A DNA stretch of 60,601 nucleotides. It comes from a virus. Its lineage: Duplodnaviria; Caudoviricetes. Below the pieces are notes generated by a model, which searched no databases, was not told where the DNA came from, and saw nothing but the letters and a program-made list of their open reading frames with translations. Position numbers and translations under genes: made by a program. Below are positions 25,907 through 36,600 of this stretch, in pieces (the stretch's first letter is position 1; every line of letters starts with the position of its first letter). The stretch spans positions 1-60,601 of IMG/VR virus record IMGVR_UViG_3300032327_000128. One strand, given 5' to 3'.

Positions 25907-26392
25907 ATGACGAAACAAAACAAAGCAGCATTAGTTACATCTATGTTGGAGCGAGGCTATCCCGTTAAAACTATTAAGCGGCTTGCTAAGACTAGTGAAA
26001 GCTACATATACTTAGTTAAGAAGAAGCTGGCGGAAGCAGCGGGAGAAGTCGTAACAGCGGTTAAAGAAGCCGTGAACGAAGCCATAAACGAAGAAGTGAT
26101 TAAGGCGGAGACTAAGAAGGAAGAACTGGATACTGTACTGGACGAAAGAGAAGACCAGTACGGCTCGTTCATGCAAGCCGCAGATACAGCCATCAAGATT
26201 AAGGGTGTCATGCATAACGCCATCGCACGTAACGACCTGCATCTATACCCCGATCAGTTGTTGTCATTGGATATGATCGCGGTAAAGATAAGCCGTATCG
26301 TAAATGGCAACCCAGCGCACCGAGATAGCTGGATTGATATAGCGGGATATGCTACGTTAGTGGCTGAACGCCTACAAGGAAAAGCGAGATAA
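25907..26392 (+). CDS. DUF6378-like protein
   Basis: LDEREDQYGSF...KISRI..GNP.H.DSWIDIAGYA. Confidence 0.7.
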   Translation: MTKQNKAALVTSMLERGYPVKTIKRLAKTSESYIYLVKKKLAEAAGEVVTAVKEAVNEAINEEVIKAETKKEELDTVLDEREDQYGSFMQAADTAIKIKGVMHNAIARNDLHLYPDQLLSLDMIAVKISRIVNGNPAHRDSWIDIAGYATLVAERLQGKAR

Positions 26393-26393
26393 C

Positions 26394-27065
26394 ATGACAG
26401 CGTGGTCCTATAGCAGCATCAAGACCTTCGACCAGTGTCCGAAGAAGTACTTCCATCTCAAAGTTGTGAAGGATGTCAAAGATACGCCGGGGGAAGCTGC
26501 TGACTATGGGACCGCAGTCCATGAAGCTGCCGAGTTGTTCGTTAAGGACGGCACACCCATCCCAAAGAAGTTTGGCTACATGCAGCCCATCGTTGACAGC
26601 CTCGTTGCTATCGAAGGCGATAAGCACACGGAGTTAAAGCTAGGTGTCAGGAAGACGCCCACTGGCTACGCTCCGTGCAGCTTCTTCGCCAAGGATGTGT
26701 GGTGGCGCGGCATCGTCGACTTGGTTATCATCAACGGCGACACGGCCTACATGGTGGACTACAAGACGGGCAAGAACGCCAAGTACGCAGACCCCAAGCA
26801 GCTTGACCTCATGGCTGGTGCGTTGTTCGTGCACTACCCAGACCTTAAGACGATTAAGTCTGCTCTGGCATATGTAGTGAGCAACGAGTTCATCAAGAAG
26901 GTTCACGTTGCTGAGCAGCGTGATGAATACCTAAATGTGTTTGTTGACGAACTAGGTCGCTTGGAACATGCCCAGCTTAGCGGCGTGTGGAACCCAAAGA
27001 GCAGCCCTTTATGTGGCTGGTGCCCTGTAACAGAGTGTGAACATCACAGACCACGGAGACGATGA
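26394..27065 (+). CDS. PD-(D/E)xK exonuclease (Cas4/RecB-like)
   Basis: WSYSS...CP, GTAVH, VDYKTG, C-terminal CGWCP..C. Confidence 0.85.
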   Translation: MTAWSYSSIKTFDQCPKKYFHLKVVKDVKDTPGEAADYGTAVHEAAELFVKDGTPIPKKFGYMQPIVDSLVAIEGDKHTELKLGVRKTPTGYAPCSFFAKDVWWRGIVDLVIINGDTAYMVDYKTGKNAKYADPKQLDLMAGALFVHYPDLKTIKSALAYVVSNEFIKKVHVAEQRDEYLNVFVDELGRLEHAQLSGVWNPKSSPLCGWCPVTECEHHRPRRR

Positions 27066-27349
27066 TGGCCCGCGATTACCGCAAAGAGTATGATACCTAT
27101 CAAGGCACTGAGCAGCAGAAGAAGAACCGCGCTGCACGTAACGCTGCACGTGCCAAGATGATGAAGGCCGGTAAGGTCCATAAGGGCGACGGGAAAGACG
27201 TTGCTCACGTTAAGGCATTTGACAAAGGTGGTAGTAATAAGACTGGACTACGTGTAGAAAGCGCATCAGCCAACCGCTCATTCAAACGGGACAGCAAGAA
27301 GAACCTTGTCTCCGAAGTCAGTACGCGGGAACGCAAAAAGAAGAAATAA
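27062..27349 (+). CDS. Small basic HNH-like protein
   Basis: RDYRKEY...GDGKDVAH...GGSN...NRS. Confidence 0.6.
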   Translation: MMARDYRKEYDTYQGTEQQKKNRAARNAARAKMMKAGKVHKGDGKDVAHVKAFDKGGSNKTGLRVESASANRSFKRDSKKNLVSEVSTRERKKKK

Positions 27350-27369
27350 CATCTAGGTGGAGATACACC

Positions 27370-28920
27370 GTGCAAATCGTAGACAATAAAGCGTTAGTCT
27401 TTGAGACTAACGAGCCTGACATTATTACCCACGTAATCCCGAACAGTGCAGTAATCGAGGACAACAAGGTGGCAGTTAAGTGGGGGATGCACGAAGTGCA
27501 AATCCTTGCTGGCTTAGGCTACAAGAACGCCCCGTCCCCCATCACGCGCGACTACAAGTGGACAGGCAAGTATACGCCGTTCGCGCACCAAGAGACCACA
27601 TCATCTTTCCTGACAGCCAACAGGCGCGCATTTTGCTTCAACGAGCAGGGTACAGGTAAGACGGCCAGCGTCATCTGGGCAGCAGACTACCTGATGAACT
27701 TGGGTAAGATTAAGCGCGTCCTCGTGTTATGCCCCTTGTCCATCATGAAGTCGGCATGGCAGCGTGACCTGTTTACCTTTGCGATGCACCGTTCGTGTAG
27801 CGTTGCTCATGGTGATGCCAAGACCCGCAAGAAGATTATCGAAGCTGGTTCTGATTTCGTCATCCTAAACTTTGACGGCTTGGCTATCGTGGAGGATACA
27901 ATCCGCAACGGCGGCTTTGACTTAATCGTTGTGGACGAGGCTAACGCCTACAAGAACTCACAGACCAACCGTTGGAAGACGCTGGCGGTGATAATGAAAG
28001 ACCTCAACCCATACCTATGGATGCTTACAGGTACGCCTGCTGCTCAGTCCCCCATAGATGCCTACGGCTTAGCTAAGCTGGTGAACCCACAGAATTGCCC
28101 TACCTTTTACGGTGCATTCCGCGACCAAGTCATGATGAAAGTGACGCAGTTCAAATGGATTCCGAAGCCTAACTCAGACCGTGTCGTTCATAATGTGCTG
28201 CAACCCGCTATCCGGTTCGAGAAGAAAGACTGCCTCGACTTACCAGAGGTTACGTTCATCGAACGCGAGGCACCGCTTACAGCGCAGCAGAAGAAGTACT
28301 ACCTGCAACTCAAGAACGAGATGCTGATTGAGGCAGGCGGCGAGGAAATCAGCGCGGTCAACGCAGCGGTCAAGATTAACAAGCTGCTTCAGATTAGTGG
28401 TGGTGCGGTCTATGCGGATACTGGAGAAGTCATAGAGTTCGATGTGTCCAACCGGCTTAACGTCGTGCTCGAAGTCATCGAGGAAGCTGCGAACAAGGTG
28501 CTGGTCTTCGTGCCATTCACCCACACCATCGAACTACTACGCGCTAAGCTGGAGAAGGCTGGCATATCCTGCGAGGTCATCAACGGTAAGGTGCCGCTCA
28601 ATAAGCGCTCCGACATCGTCGACCAGTTCCAGACCCGCAAAGACCCGCATGTGCTTATCATCCAGCCACAGGCTGCATCGCACGGGCTTACGCTTACGGC
28701 AGCAGACACAATCATCTGGTATGCCCCAGTGACAAGCGTAGAAACCTACTTGCAAGCTAACGCCCGCATCAACCGCCCCGGACAGAAGAACGCAATGACC
28801 ATTGTGCATATCAGGGGCAGCGAGGTGGAGGACCGCCTTTTCTCCATGCTGCAAGGGAACATCAACAATCACGAAAGAATTATCGACTTATACCGTCAGA
28901 TGATGATTGATGGTGCTTGA
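27370..28920 (+). CDS. SNF2-family helicase
   Basis: QGTGKT, VVDE, LTGTP, HGLTLT, QANARINR. Confidence 0.9.
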   Translation: MQIVDNKALVFETNEPDIITHVIPNSAVIEDNKVAVKWGMHEVQILAGLGYKNAPSPITRDYKWTGKYTPFAHQETTSSFLTANRRAFCFNEQGTGKTASVIWAADYLMNLGKIKRVLVLCPLSIMKSAWQRDLFTFAMHRSCSVAHGDAKTRKKIIEAGSDFVILNFDGLAIVEDTIRNGGFDLIVVDEANAYKNSQTNRWKTLAVIMKDLNPYLWMLTGTPAAQSPIDAYGLAKLVNPQNCPTFYGAFRDQVMMKVTQFKWIPKPNSDRVVHNVLQPAIRFEKKDCLDLPEVTFIEREAPLTAQQKKYYLQLKNEMLIEAGGEEISAVNAAVKINKLLQISGGAVYADTGEVIEFDVSNRLNVVLEVIEEAANKVLVFVPFTHTIELLRAKLEKAGISCEVINGKVPLNKRSDIVDQFQTRKDPHVLIIQPQAASHGLTLTAADTIIWYAPVTSVETYLQANARINRPGQKNAMTIVHIRGSEVEDRLFSMLQGNINNHERIIDLYRQMMIDGA

Positions 28921-28944
28921 CAATGTCAAAGAGCATTGTAAGAA
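28917..28944 (+). promoter_or_regulatory. Putative middle promoter
   Basis: TTGACAATGT...ATTGTAAGAA, resembling 20768. Confidence 0.45.
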
Positions 28945-28970
28945 CACGAAGGCCAGCCAAGGAGCAAAAA

Positions 28971-29375
28971 ATGAATACCGATAAATCCGTTGAGGAGATG
29001 GTGGCTGCGTACCGTAAGATACGTGAAGCTATCTCGGAAAAAGAAGAAGCCCACAAAGCAGATATATCTGGACTGCGTGAGCAACTCGACATTGTCAGTT
29101 ATGCACTGTTGGGGGTTTGTAATTCCCTTCAGGCTGACAGCCTACGTACAGCGGCGGGTACAGTTAGCCGCCGCGTGAATACCCGTTACTGGACCACCGA
29201 CTGGGAAAGGATGTACGAGTTCATTCGTGAAAACGATGTGCCATTCCTTCTTGAGCAGCGCATCCACAACGGCAACATGAAGCAGTTCTTGGACGAAAAC
29301 CCAGACTCGCTTCCGATTGGCCTACAAGCTGATCGCAAATTTGTTATCCAAGTTCGTAAACCAACAGGAAAGTAA
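28971..29375 (+). CDS. Conserved replication-module protein
   Basis: Start MNTDK after AGGAG; RTAAGTV...DWERMYEFI. Confidence 0.65.
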   Translation: MNTDKSVEEMVAAYRKIREAISEKEEAHKADISGLREQLDIVSYALLGVCNSLQADSLRTAAGTVSRRVNTRYWTTDWERMYEFIRENDVPFLLEQRIHNGNMKQFLDENPDSLPIGLQADRKFVIQVRKPTGK

Positions 29376-29387
29376 GGGGATATACCC

Positions 29388-30293
29388 ATGTCAAACGAAG
29401 TATCTATCTTTAAGCAAGCCGGTGCCGTCTCAACGTCAGTCGGTCGTCGTGAACTCAGTGAACTTGCTAAGTCGCTTGCGACCAGTGGTACCACATCGCG
29501 TCGTATCCAGACCAACACCAACGGTACGTTCAAACGCCTAATCAACGGTGAGCAGATTGGTGATGCAGTTCGTGGTGATATCAATGTCATCATCGTTCAT
29601 GCACTGCCCAAGGTATCGCGTACATTCTACGCTGGGGCATACGACCCCAATGCAAAGCCGACGTTGCCAGATTGCTGGTCGAACGACGGTGACAAGCCAG
29701 AAGCATCTGCTGGTAACAAGCAAGCATCCAACTGCGCATCATGCGATATGAACGTAGTCGGCTCGGGCCAGAACGGTAAGGGTCGCGCCTGTCGCTTCCA
29801 GCGCCGCATCGCAGTGCTACTCGCTGGTGACGCATCTGGCGAAGTTTATCAGTTCAACGTGCCAGCTAAGTCGCTCTTCGGTAAGGGTGTCGGCAACGTG
29901 CATCCGTTCGAAAGCTACGTGCGGTATCTGCTGGGCCACAACGAAAGCCCAGACACGGTAATCACCAACATCAGCTACGACTTGAACGCTGACTCCATGG
30001 AACTTCTCTTCACGCCTGTGCGTGGTTTGAACGAAGATGAGTACGCCTTAGTCAAGGATGTGCAGAAGGACCCAGCAACTAAGCGTCTGTGCGAACTGAC
30101 CGTAGCTGCGCAAGATGGTGTTAAGAAGCAGCCAGAGGCACCCGCCCCCAAGCCAGCACCACAGGTCTCTCGTTCGGATGAACCCGACGAAGAAATCGAA
30201 GAACCCAAAAAGCGTGTTGCATCCAAACCCGAAACTGTGGCAGCATCAGAAAGCCTTGCGTCGGTTATCAGCGCATGGGGTAATGGGGAGTAG
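29388..30293 (+). CDS. Putative ssDNA-binding/annealing protein
   Basis: PDCWSNDG, CASC, GRACRFQRR; acidic tail ending near Trp; lies between helicase and primase. Confidence 0.6.
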   Translation: MSNEVSIFKQAGAVSTSVGRRELSELAKSLATSGTTSRRIQTNTNGTFKRLINGEQIGDAVRGDINVIIVHALPKVSRTFYAGAYDPNAKPTLPDCWSNDGDKPEASAGNKQASNCASCDMNVVGSGQNGKGRACRFQRRIAVLLAGDASGEVYQFNVPAKSLFGKGVGNVHPFESYVRYLLGHNESPDTVITNISYDLNADSMELLFTPVRGLNEDEYALVKDVQKDPATKRLCELTVAAQDGVKKQPEAPAPKPAPQVSRSDEPDEEIEEPKKRVASKPETVAASESLASVISAWGNGE

Positions 30294-30295
30294 TA

Positions 30296-30529
30296 ATGAG
30301 TTACGGCTACAGCATTAAGCTGGTTGAAGCCAATCAACAGGCTGACGAGGGACACTTGGGTGTGCAGCTTGGGAGGAAGTGCATTGAGCATGGAATCTCG
30401 GTGAGCAAAGCTGCCAACGAACTGGGTGCTACTCGTCAGACTGTTTACAACTGGTTCTGCGGGGGTAGTGTCCCGCAGGGCGAGTTCATTGGGCTGATCC
30501 AAAAATACATCGCTCAACTGCCTAATTGA
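30296..30529 (+). CDS. Helix-turn-helix protein
   Basis: SVSKAANELGATRQTVYNWF. Confidence 0.8.
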   Translation: MSYGYSIKLVEANQQADEGHLGVQLGRKCIEHGISVSKAANELGATRQTVYNWFCGGSVPQGEFIGLIQKYIAQLPN

Positions 30530-30584
30530 GCCTACCAAGATGTGAGTTAGTGGGCGGGTAAACCCCGCAACAGAGAGTGATGCC

Positions 30585-33437
30585 ATGGAGAATTTTGACC
30601 TAATGTCTGCTGTGCAGCCATCTGATGGATGGTTTGCCATTGTGGGCATCAAAGATAATGCAGTTAAACAAACATTGGTCGAAACCCGTGAGGAAGCCGA
30701 CCGTGTTGCTGCCCAGTACCTAGCCCAAGAATGCAATGTGTTCTTCGGGGTGGCTAAGTTTAAGACGGACGCAGGCCGCACCAAAGACAACGTACTATCA
30801 CTTCGTGCTTTGTGGCTCGACATTGACTGCGGTGAAGCCAAGGCGGTTATAAGCGACAAGACCGGACGCCCTGATGGGTATGCTACGCAGCGTGATGGGG
30901 CCATAGCTCTGCTTGAGTTCCGTAACCTTGTCGGTCTACCCAAACCAATCATCGTGAGTTCGGGACGCGGTATACACGCATACTGGCCGCTTGACCGAGA
31001 TGTGACCCGCGAAGAATGGGAACCTGCCGCTGAGCGTCTACGTGACCTATGCTACACCCATAACTTTTACGTCGACCCTGCCGTGTTCGACGCGTCACGT
31101 ATCTTAAGGATACCCGGGACATACAACTATAAAGACGCTACACCTAAGCCAGTAGAGGTAATGCGGCCCGCCGAGCCGACTAGCTTTGACGAGATCGTTA
31201 AGCTTATGGGCGTCAAGAAAGCTGCGCCTAAGAAGCAGTGGGAGCCAACCGAACTTGGTAAGGCCATGAGCGCCAGCACACAGTTCAACTTCAGCAAGAT
31301 TATGACGCGTAGTGCCAAGGGCGACGGCTGCAACCAGCTTCTTCATGCCTACACGAACCGCGCCACGATAGACTACTACGAGTGGTTCCATGCCATCTCG
31401 GTAGCTGCTCAGTGCGAAGACGCAGACAAAGCAGTTCATATGATGTCCGAGGGGCATCCCGACTACGACCCAGACCTACTGGACGCTAAGGTATCCACCA
31501 TCAGGGGTGCAACTAGCTGCGCCAAGTTTGAAGGTAAGACCCCTGCGCTGTGCCAAGGGTGTAAGTGGAAGGGGCAAATCCTCGGGCCAAAGTATCTTGG
31601 CAAAGTTGTCAAGGAAGCGACCTCTGACCTCGTCGATATTGTTCTGGATACGCCAGAAGGGCCAAGGTCAGAGACGCTAACAATACCCAAGTACCCATTT
31701 CCTTATTTTCGCGGTGAGGGTGGGGGTATCTGGCGTACAGGCGCAAAGGGGGAGGATGGTACCGAGGCAGACCCTATCCTTGTATACCCTTACGATTTTT
31801 ATGCCTTAAAACGTATGCGGGACGCGAAAAACGGTGAAATCATCGTCTTCCGTCGCCATCTACCGCAGGATGGTGTCGAGGACTTCTTGGTTCCCCTCAA
31901 TGAGGTAACCTCCAAAGATATGCTTCGTAAGGCTATATCTACCTACAGCATCGTCGCTGCGGGTAAGACCTTCGATATATTGATGGACTACACCCTTAAG
32001 TCGGTAATCAAAATGCAAGATATAAGGAAAATGGAAATTATGCGTAATCAATTTGGATGGGCTGACAACAACAGCAAGTTTGTTATCGGAGATCAGGAGA
32101 TCAGTAAGGATGGGGTGCTTTACAGCCCTCCGTCGAATGTAACAGCCAACATGGCAAAGCAGATGGGTCCGGTAGGCTCACTGGATAAGTGGAAGGAAGT
32201 CTGGGCACTTTACGGGCGTCCCGGCATGGAAGGCCATGCATTCGCCGCTTTGAGCGCATTTGGTGCGCCTCTGCTCCGCTTCTTGCGCCAGACAGGTGCG
32301 GCTATCAACCTCGTTAGTCCTGAGAGCGGCACGGGTAAGACCACCGCCCTGCGTATGGCTATGAGCGTATACGGACACCCAACAGAACTGATCGCTAAGA
32401 AGTCGGACACGCTCAACGCTAAGATGCAGTGGCTGGCCATCATGCGTAACCTGCCATTCTGCGTGGACGAAATCACCAACATGCCAGCGGAAGAGTTCTC
32501 CGAACTGGTTTACGGTATGTCCCAAGGTAAGGGCAAGGAGCGTATGACTGCTGGGGGTAACGAACTCCGCATCAACGACACGACATGGCAGACAATCTCG
32601 CTATGCTCGTCCAACGCTTCATTCTACGAGAAGCTGACCAACCTCAAAGGCTCGCCTGACGGGGAAATGATGCGCCTCATCGAGTACCGTATCAACCCCA
32701 CGGATGCGATCCCAACGGATGTTGGCAAGGCTATGTTCGACCAGCAGTTGATGGAAAACTATGGCCACGCCGGTCCTATCTTTATCAAGTACGTGCTGGA
32801 GAACTTGGAAGAAACCGAGGAAGCTTGCATGGCAATCCAAGCGCGCTTGGACCGTGAACTACAGCTAACACAGCGGGAACGCTTCTGGTCTGCGGGTGTA
32901 GCGGGTAACCTTACGGCTGGCTTCATAGCCAAGATGCTCGGCCTTATCGACTGGGATATGAACCGCCTGTACCAGTGGGCTTGCTCCATGGTCGTGGGCC
33001 TACGTGAGGAAATCGAAGCACCAGCCACTAACACGGCACAAATCATCGGTGACTTCATCAACCGCTATATGCAGAACATCCTCGTCGTTGACGATGTGGT
33101 AGACCAGCGCAGCAATATGCCAACCATACCCCGTATGGAGCCAAAGGGTGAATTGGTAATTCGGTTTGAGCCAGACACTAAGCTGATGTTCATCACGGCT
33201 AAGAAGTTCAAAGAGTACTGCGTTATCTACCAGATCAACTACAAGGAAACGCTGAAGAAGCTTAAGGACGAAGGCGTGTTCTTGCGCTCCGACACCAAGA
33301 GGATGACCAAGGGTATGAAGGTTACCACTACTGGCGTACAGGCGTTGTTCTTCGACACATCTGTAGGTGGCTTCCTAGACATGGGCAACCTACTTCCCGA
33401 ACCAGCCGAGGCAAACGATGAAAGTGCAGGGAGTTAG
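30585..33437 (+). CDS. Primase-helicase (AEP/RepB-like primase + Cys cluster + DUF927-like ATPase)
   Basis: WLDID, SSGRGIHAYW, RILRIPGT; SC..F...CQGC; ESGTGKT, CVDE. Confidence 0.85.
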   Translation: MENFDLMSAVQPSDGWFAIVGIKDNAVKQTLVETREEADRVAAQYLAQECNVFFGVAKFKTDAGRTKDNVLSLRALWLDIDCGEAKAVISDKTGRPDGYATQRDGAIALLEFRNLVGLPKPIIVSSGRGIHAYWPLDRDVTREEWEPAAERLRDLCYTHNFYVDPAVFDASRILRIPGTYNYKDATPKPVEVMRPAEPTSFDEIVKLMGVKKAAPKKQWEPTELGKAMSASTQFNFSKIMTRSAKGDGCNQLLHAYTNRATIDYYEWFHAISVAAQCEDADKAVHMMSEGHPDYDPDLLDAKVSTIRGATSCAKFEGKTPALCQGCKWKGQILGPKYLGKVVKEATSDLVDIVLDTPEGPRSETLTIPKYPFPYFRGEGGGIWRTGAKGEDGTEADPILVYPYDFYALKRMRDAKNGEIIVFRRHLPQDGVEDFLVPLNEVTSKDMLRKAISTYSIVAAGKTFDILMDYTLKSVIKMQDIRKMEIMRNQFGWADNNSKFVIGDQEISKDGVLYSPPSNVTANMAKQMGPVGSLDKWKEVWALYGRPGMEGHAFAALSAFGAPLLRFLRQTGAAINLVSPESGTGKTTALRMAMSVYGHPTELIAKKSDTLNAKMQWLAIMRNLPFCVDEITNMPAEEFSELVYGMSQGKGKERMTAGGNELRINDTTWQTISLCSSNASFYEKLTNLKGSPDGEMMRLIEYRINPTDAIPTDVGKAMFDQQLMENYGHAGPIFIKYVLENLEETEEACMAIQARLDRELQLTQRERFWSAGVAGNLTAGFIAKMLGLIDWDMNRLYQWACSMVVGLREEIEAPATNTAQIIGDFINRYMQNILVVDDVVDQRSNMPTIPRMEPKGELVIRFEPDTKLMFITAKKFKEYCVIYQINYKETLKKLKDEGVFLRSDTKRMTKGMKVTTTGVQALFFDTSVGGFLDMGNLLPEPAEANDESAGS

Positions 33438-33612
33438 TTACGACGTAAACTGGAAAGCATTCAAGCAGGGGACGTCAATTTTCATCCCCTGCTTGGACAC
33501 CAAACGTGCCAGAGCACAAGTCCTAGTGGTTACCAAGCGGCTACGTATCAAGATATTGATAAAAATTGTGGTCGTAGATGGAATTAGGGGTTTACGTATT
33601 TGGTCAATATGA
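33418..33612 (+). CDS. Small hypothetical protein
   Basis: SIFIPCLD...GLRIW; overlaps the primase end. Confidence 0.6.
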   Translation: MKVQGVSYDVNWKAFKQGTSIFIPCLDTKRARAQVLVVTKRLRIKILIKIVVVDGIRGLRIWSI

Positions 33613-33656
33613 TACGGCATGAGACGGAAGCTGCTCCTTCCGGTTAGGCATCACTC

Positions 33657-33690
33657 GGCCCCCACCCTTCTCCGGTGGGGGCCTTTTTCA
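33657..33690 (+). terminator. Terminator at the convergence of the two arms
   Basis: GGCCCCCACC-CTTCTCC-GGTGGGGGCC-TTTTT. Confidence 0.85.
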
Positions 33691-33692
33691 TT

Positions 33693-36600
33693 TTAGCGGT
33701 TCTTTTGCAGCAAGCTGCGTACGTATGGATCAAAGTCCTTCGATACGCGTAGACCCTCCATAGACCCAGCACGATCCCTATCGCGGGTCTTAAGGCTGTC
33801 TTGCCAGTTTTCGGGGTATATCGGGGTAATGTGGGCGGTGCTGTCGTTCCACTCATAGATTTTATCCCAGAGTTTGTTGACGTTCTTCTCGCCCTCCTCA
33901 ACGCTGATACGGTTAAGGTCGACGTCCCGATACACTTTTTCCAGCTTATCTAGGTACTCCGAGCGTTCCTTCTCAATCTTAATGACCGTCTTCTTGGCGA
34001 GGATATTACTTTTCTGGATGTCAGACACATCGGTACGACCAAAGCCAATACTCTGCCCAACAAGCACACCCCATGTGTAATCCTCCACCGGAGCGACAAC
34101 ATCCTGCGTATTAGGCGTGATATACCCTTCAGACCCAAGCCGCTTCGCCATAAGTGCGTTACGCAACGGTGCAGGCGCAAGGTTTTCAGCAGCCCTCCAC
34201 CCTTCACCCTTAGCTGCATAGTCCGCGCCGCGAACTAGGTTGCGCACCACTGAGCCTGTCGCACCGAACGCTAAGGTATATGCCAAGGACCGTAAGGCTT
34301 CCTCGTTGCTATCAACCGGCGTGTCGTCACGGAAGAACAACCCATCAAGGCCGACCGATGAGCCGATGTTCATGTTTGTAACAGCAGAGACAGGACCCAT
34401 CTTAACCGCACGCGTAAGTAGTTTTGCCTGTTCGTCGTCAAGACCCAAGTCGTTAGCTAGGTCGCTGTCAGGGCCAAAGTACTCAGGTAAAAACTTCTCA
34501 CGGAACCACAAATCAAGATTACGTGCTGTAAGTGGATTGTTATCATCATCGTCTTCGGCATCGCCAAGGCCAGCCGCTGCAAGAAGTGAGGTCATAAGCC
34601 CCATCATGAAGCTGTAACCGGGCATATTTACACTACCGGCAATCATCCATGTCATACCGAGGGTACCGAAGAACTGCTTAGCCGCAACCTTACGCTCTGC
34701 ATTGGGGAGTAGTGTCACTGTGTTTAAAAAACTACGGGTAAGGAACGACGCAATCTGGATAGGGAACGAGTAGAACTGTAGCGCAACGCGGCCAATTGGC
34801 CCCTTCATAGCGCGAGGCTTACTGCTTTCAGCGTAGTCGAACATAGTTTCGAGCGTCAGGTCAGCAGCAGTATCCGCAGCAATCTCCATGGCGGTCTTAG
34901 GGTCCATGCCATCTTTGATGCGCTTAGCGTAATCTAACTCGAACGCCGACATATACGCGATTTCACGTGAAATGCGTTCCGCATGGTGAATACCACCAGC
35001 GAAGAAATCAAAGACCCACTTACCCATTTTTGCAGGACGCCCTTGGAACTGCGCACTTGGTCCGGCTTTTCGCTCCAGTACGTCACCAGTAAAGGTAGAA
35101 TCCACAATGGCGCGCTTGCGTCCATACTCCCAAGCAAACTTTAACGCTTTGCCTAGTTCAGGGTCTTTGTTGTTGTTGATGTATTTGCTGTCACCCATGG
35201 TGGGTTGGCCCCAGTTGGTAACAAGGGTGCCGGTTTCATCTACCTTAGCTGTACCAAACTTATTACCTAAGGTTGCGATATACCGCGCAGCCACAGCCGC
35301 AGTCTGCACCGTACCATAACGTGCGCCGAGAGCTGGCATTGCCACGGTAGGAAGCTGGAAGAACTGTGCTATCACAGATTTGATGGACGTCAGTAGGTAG
35401 AAGAACGTCGCCTTATTCGCCAAACGTGCCATCGTGTCGAGCGAACTCGTATTCGGGCTGAAGGTTTCAGCTACGCGGATAGCCATCTCGTCAATAAACG
35501 GTTGGAGTTGATCGCGGTTCGGGTTTCCAGCCATGAGGCCATATGCCTCACCGAGGGTCTGGCGGATTTTTGATGAGTACTGCAAGTGTGTTAGGCGGTT
35601 AGCCGTCGACATCTGGGAGTCGACATACGCACGTAGCGTATCCGCCGAGAAACCGGCAACACCTTCGCGGTGTTGATATCGCTCAAGGTTAGAACCCTTA
35701 GGGAGCGATGCAGCATAAAGCTGGAAGATCATATCCTTAATGGCCCGGACATCGCCCATGCCACCCTTGTCGATTTCTAGCAGTACATTCTTAAGGACGT
35801 CAGAAGGTTCAGCACGCAAGAAATCAGCTTCTAAGCCATCAATATCTTGGCCGAAGTTAAAGACCTTTTCGTCGGCCTTGATTTCTGAGGCACTGCGGGT
35901 ATCGCCCGCATCTTGCAGCTTTTTGATACCTTCTTTGATAGCTTGCTGGTAAGCCGTCCCGTTGTTGTACCGTTTTACATCGCGGTTCTTACCCTTACCG
36001 ACGCGTACCCAATAATCCCCTGTACGGAACAAAGTAGCATAAGGGGCGTTCTTCTTGGCTGCTTCGTACAGCTTATCGAGTAGGTCAACAGTTTGCTGGA
36101 TACGATCCGCAGGCAGGCCAGACTTACGCACGCTGGATACCTGAGCGTTATATTCATTCTCAAACGAAGTCTTGTAGCCACCCATTACCATATCATAGAT
36201 TAGCTGCCCTTCACCATTGCCCATCTCTGGGGCGGCAAGCGCTTCGCGCATATCGTATATGTATTTGATTTGGTTTTTGCGGTTACCCAAGGCATCTTTA
36301 CCCGCACCGCTCTTAACCAGTTCAGCAAGCGTGTTATCCGCAGCCATGGCTGCTGCAAGTGACGGGTGACGCGACTCCACTCCTAATAGGGTAGAACCGT
36401 TAATCAAATTAGCCAGTAGCTCAGCGCCTTCGCTGTATTTGGCAGCGAACTTCTCGTAGCGTTTAGCGTTATAAGCAAGGTCCTTAAGCATCCCGTTACG
36501 GTAGCCGTCCATCCTGCCGAGAAGCTCGTTGATGCGGTTAAGTTTGCGCGCAACAGGCGGTGACAGCTTGTTGATTATGCGGATGAGGTCCCGGCTGTAC

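Noticed and set aside
26394-27065. Cas4-like nuclease as evidence of CRISPR-Cas
   Set aside because: A stand-alone PD-(D/E)xK exonuclease is normal in phage replication modules; no array or other cas genes
29975-30952. 325-aa minus-strand ORF and similar long antisense ORFs (e.g. 44540-45292, 48687-49439, 11634-12287)
   Set aside because: They are shadows of well-supported genes on the opposite strand, with no motifs or evident RBS
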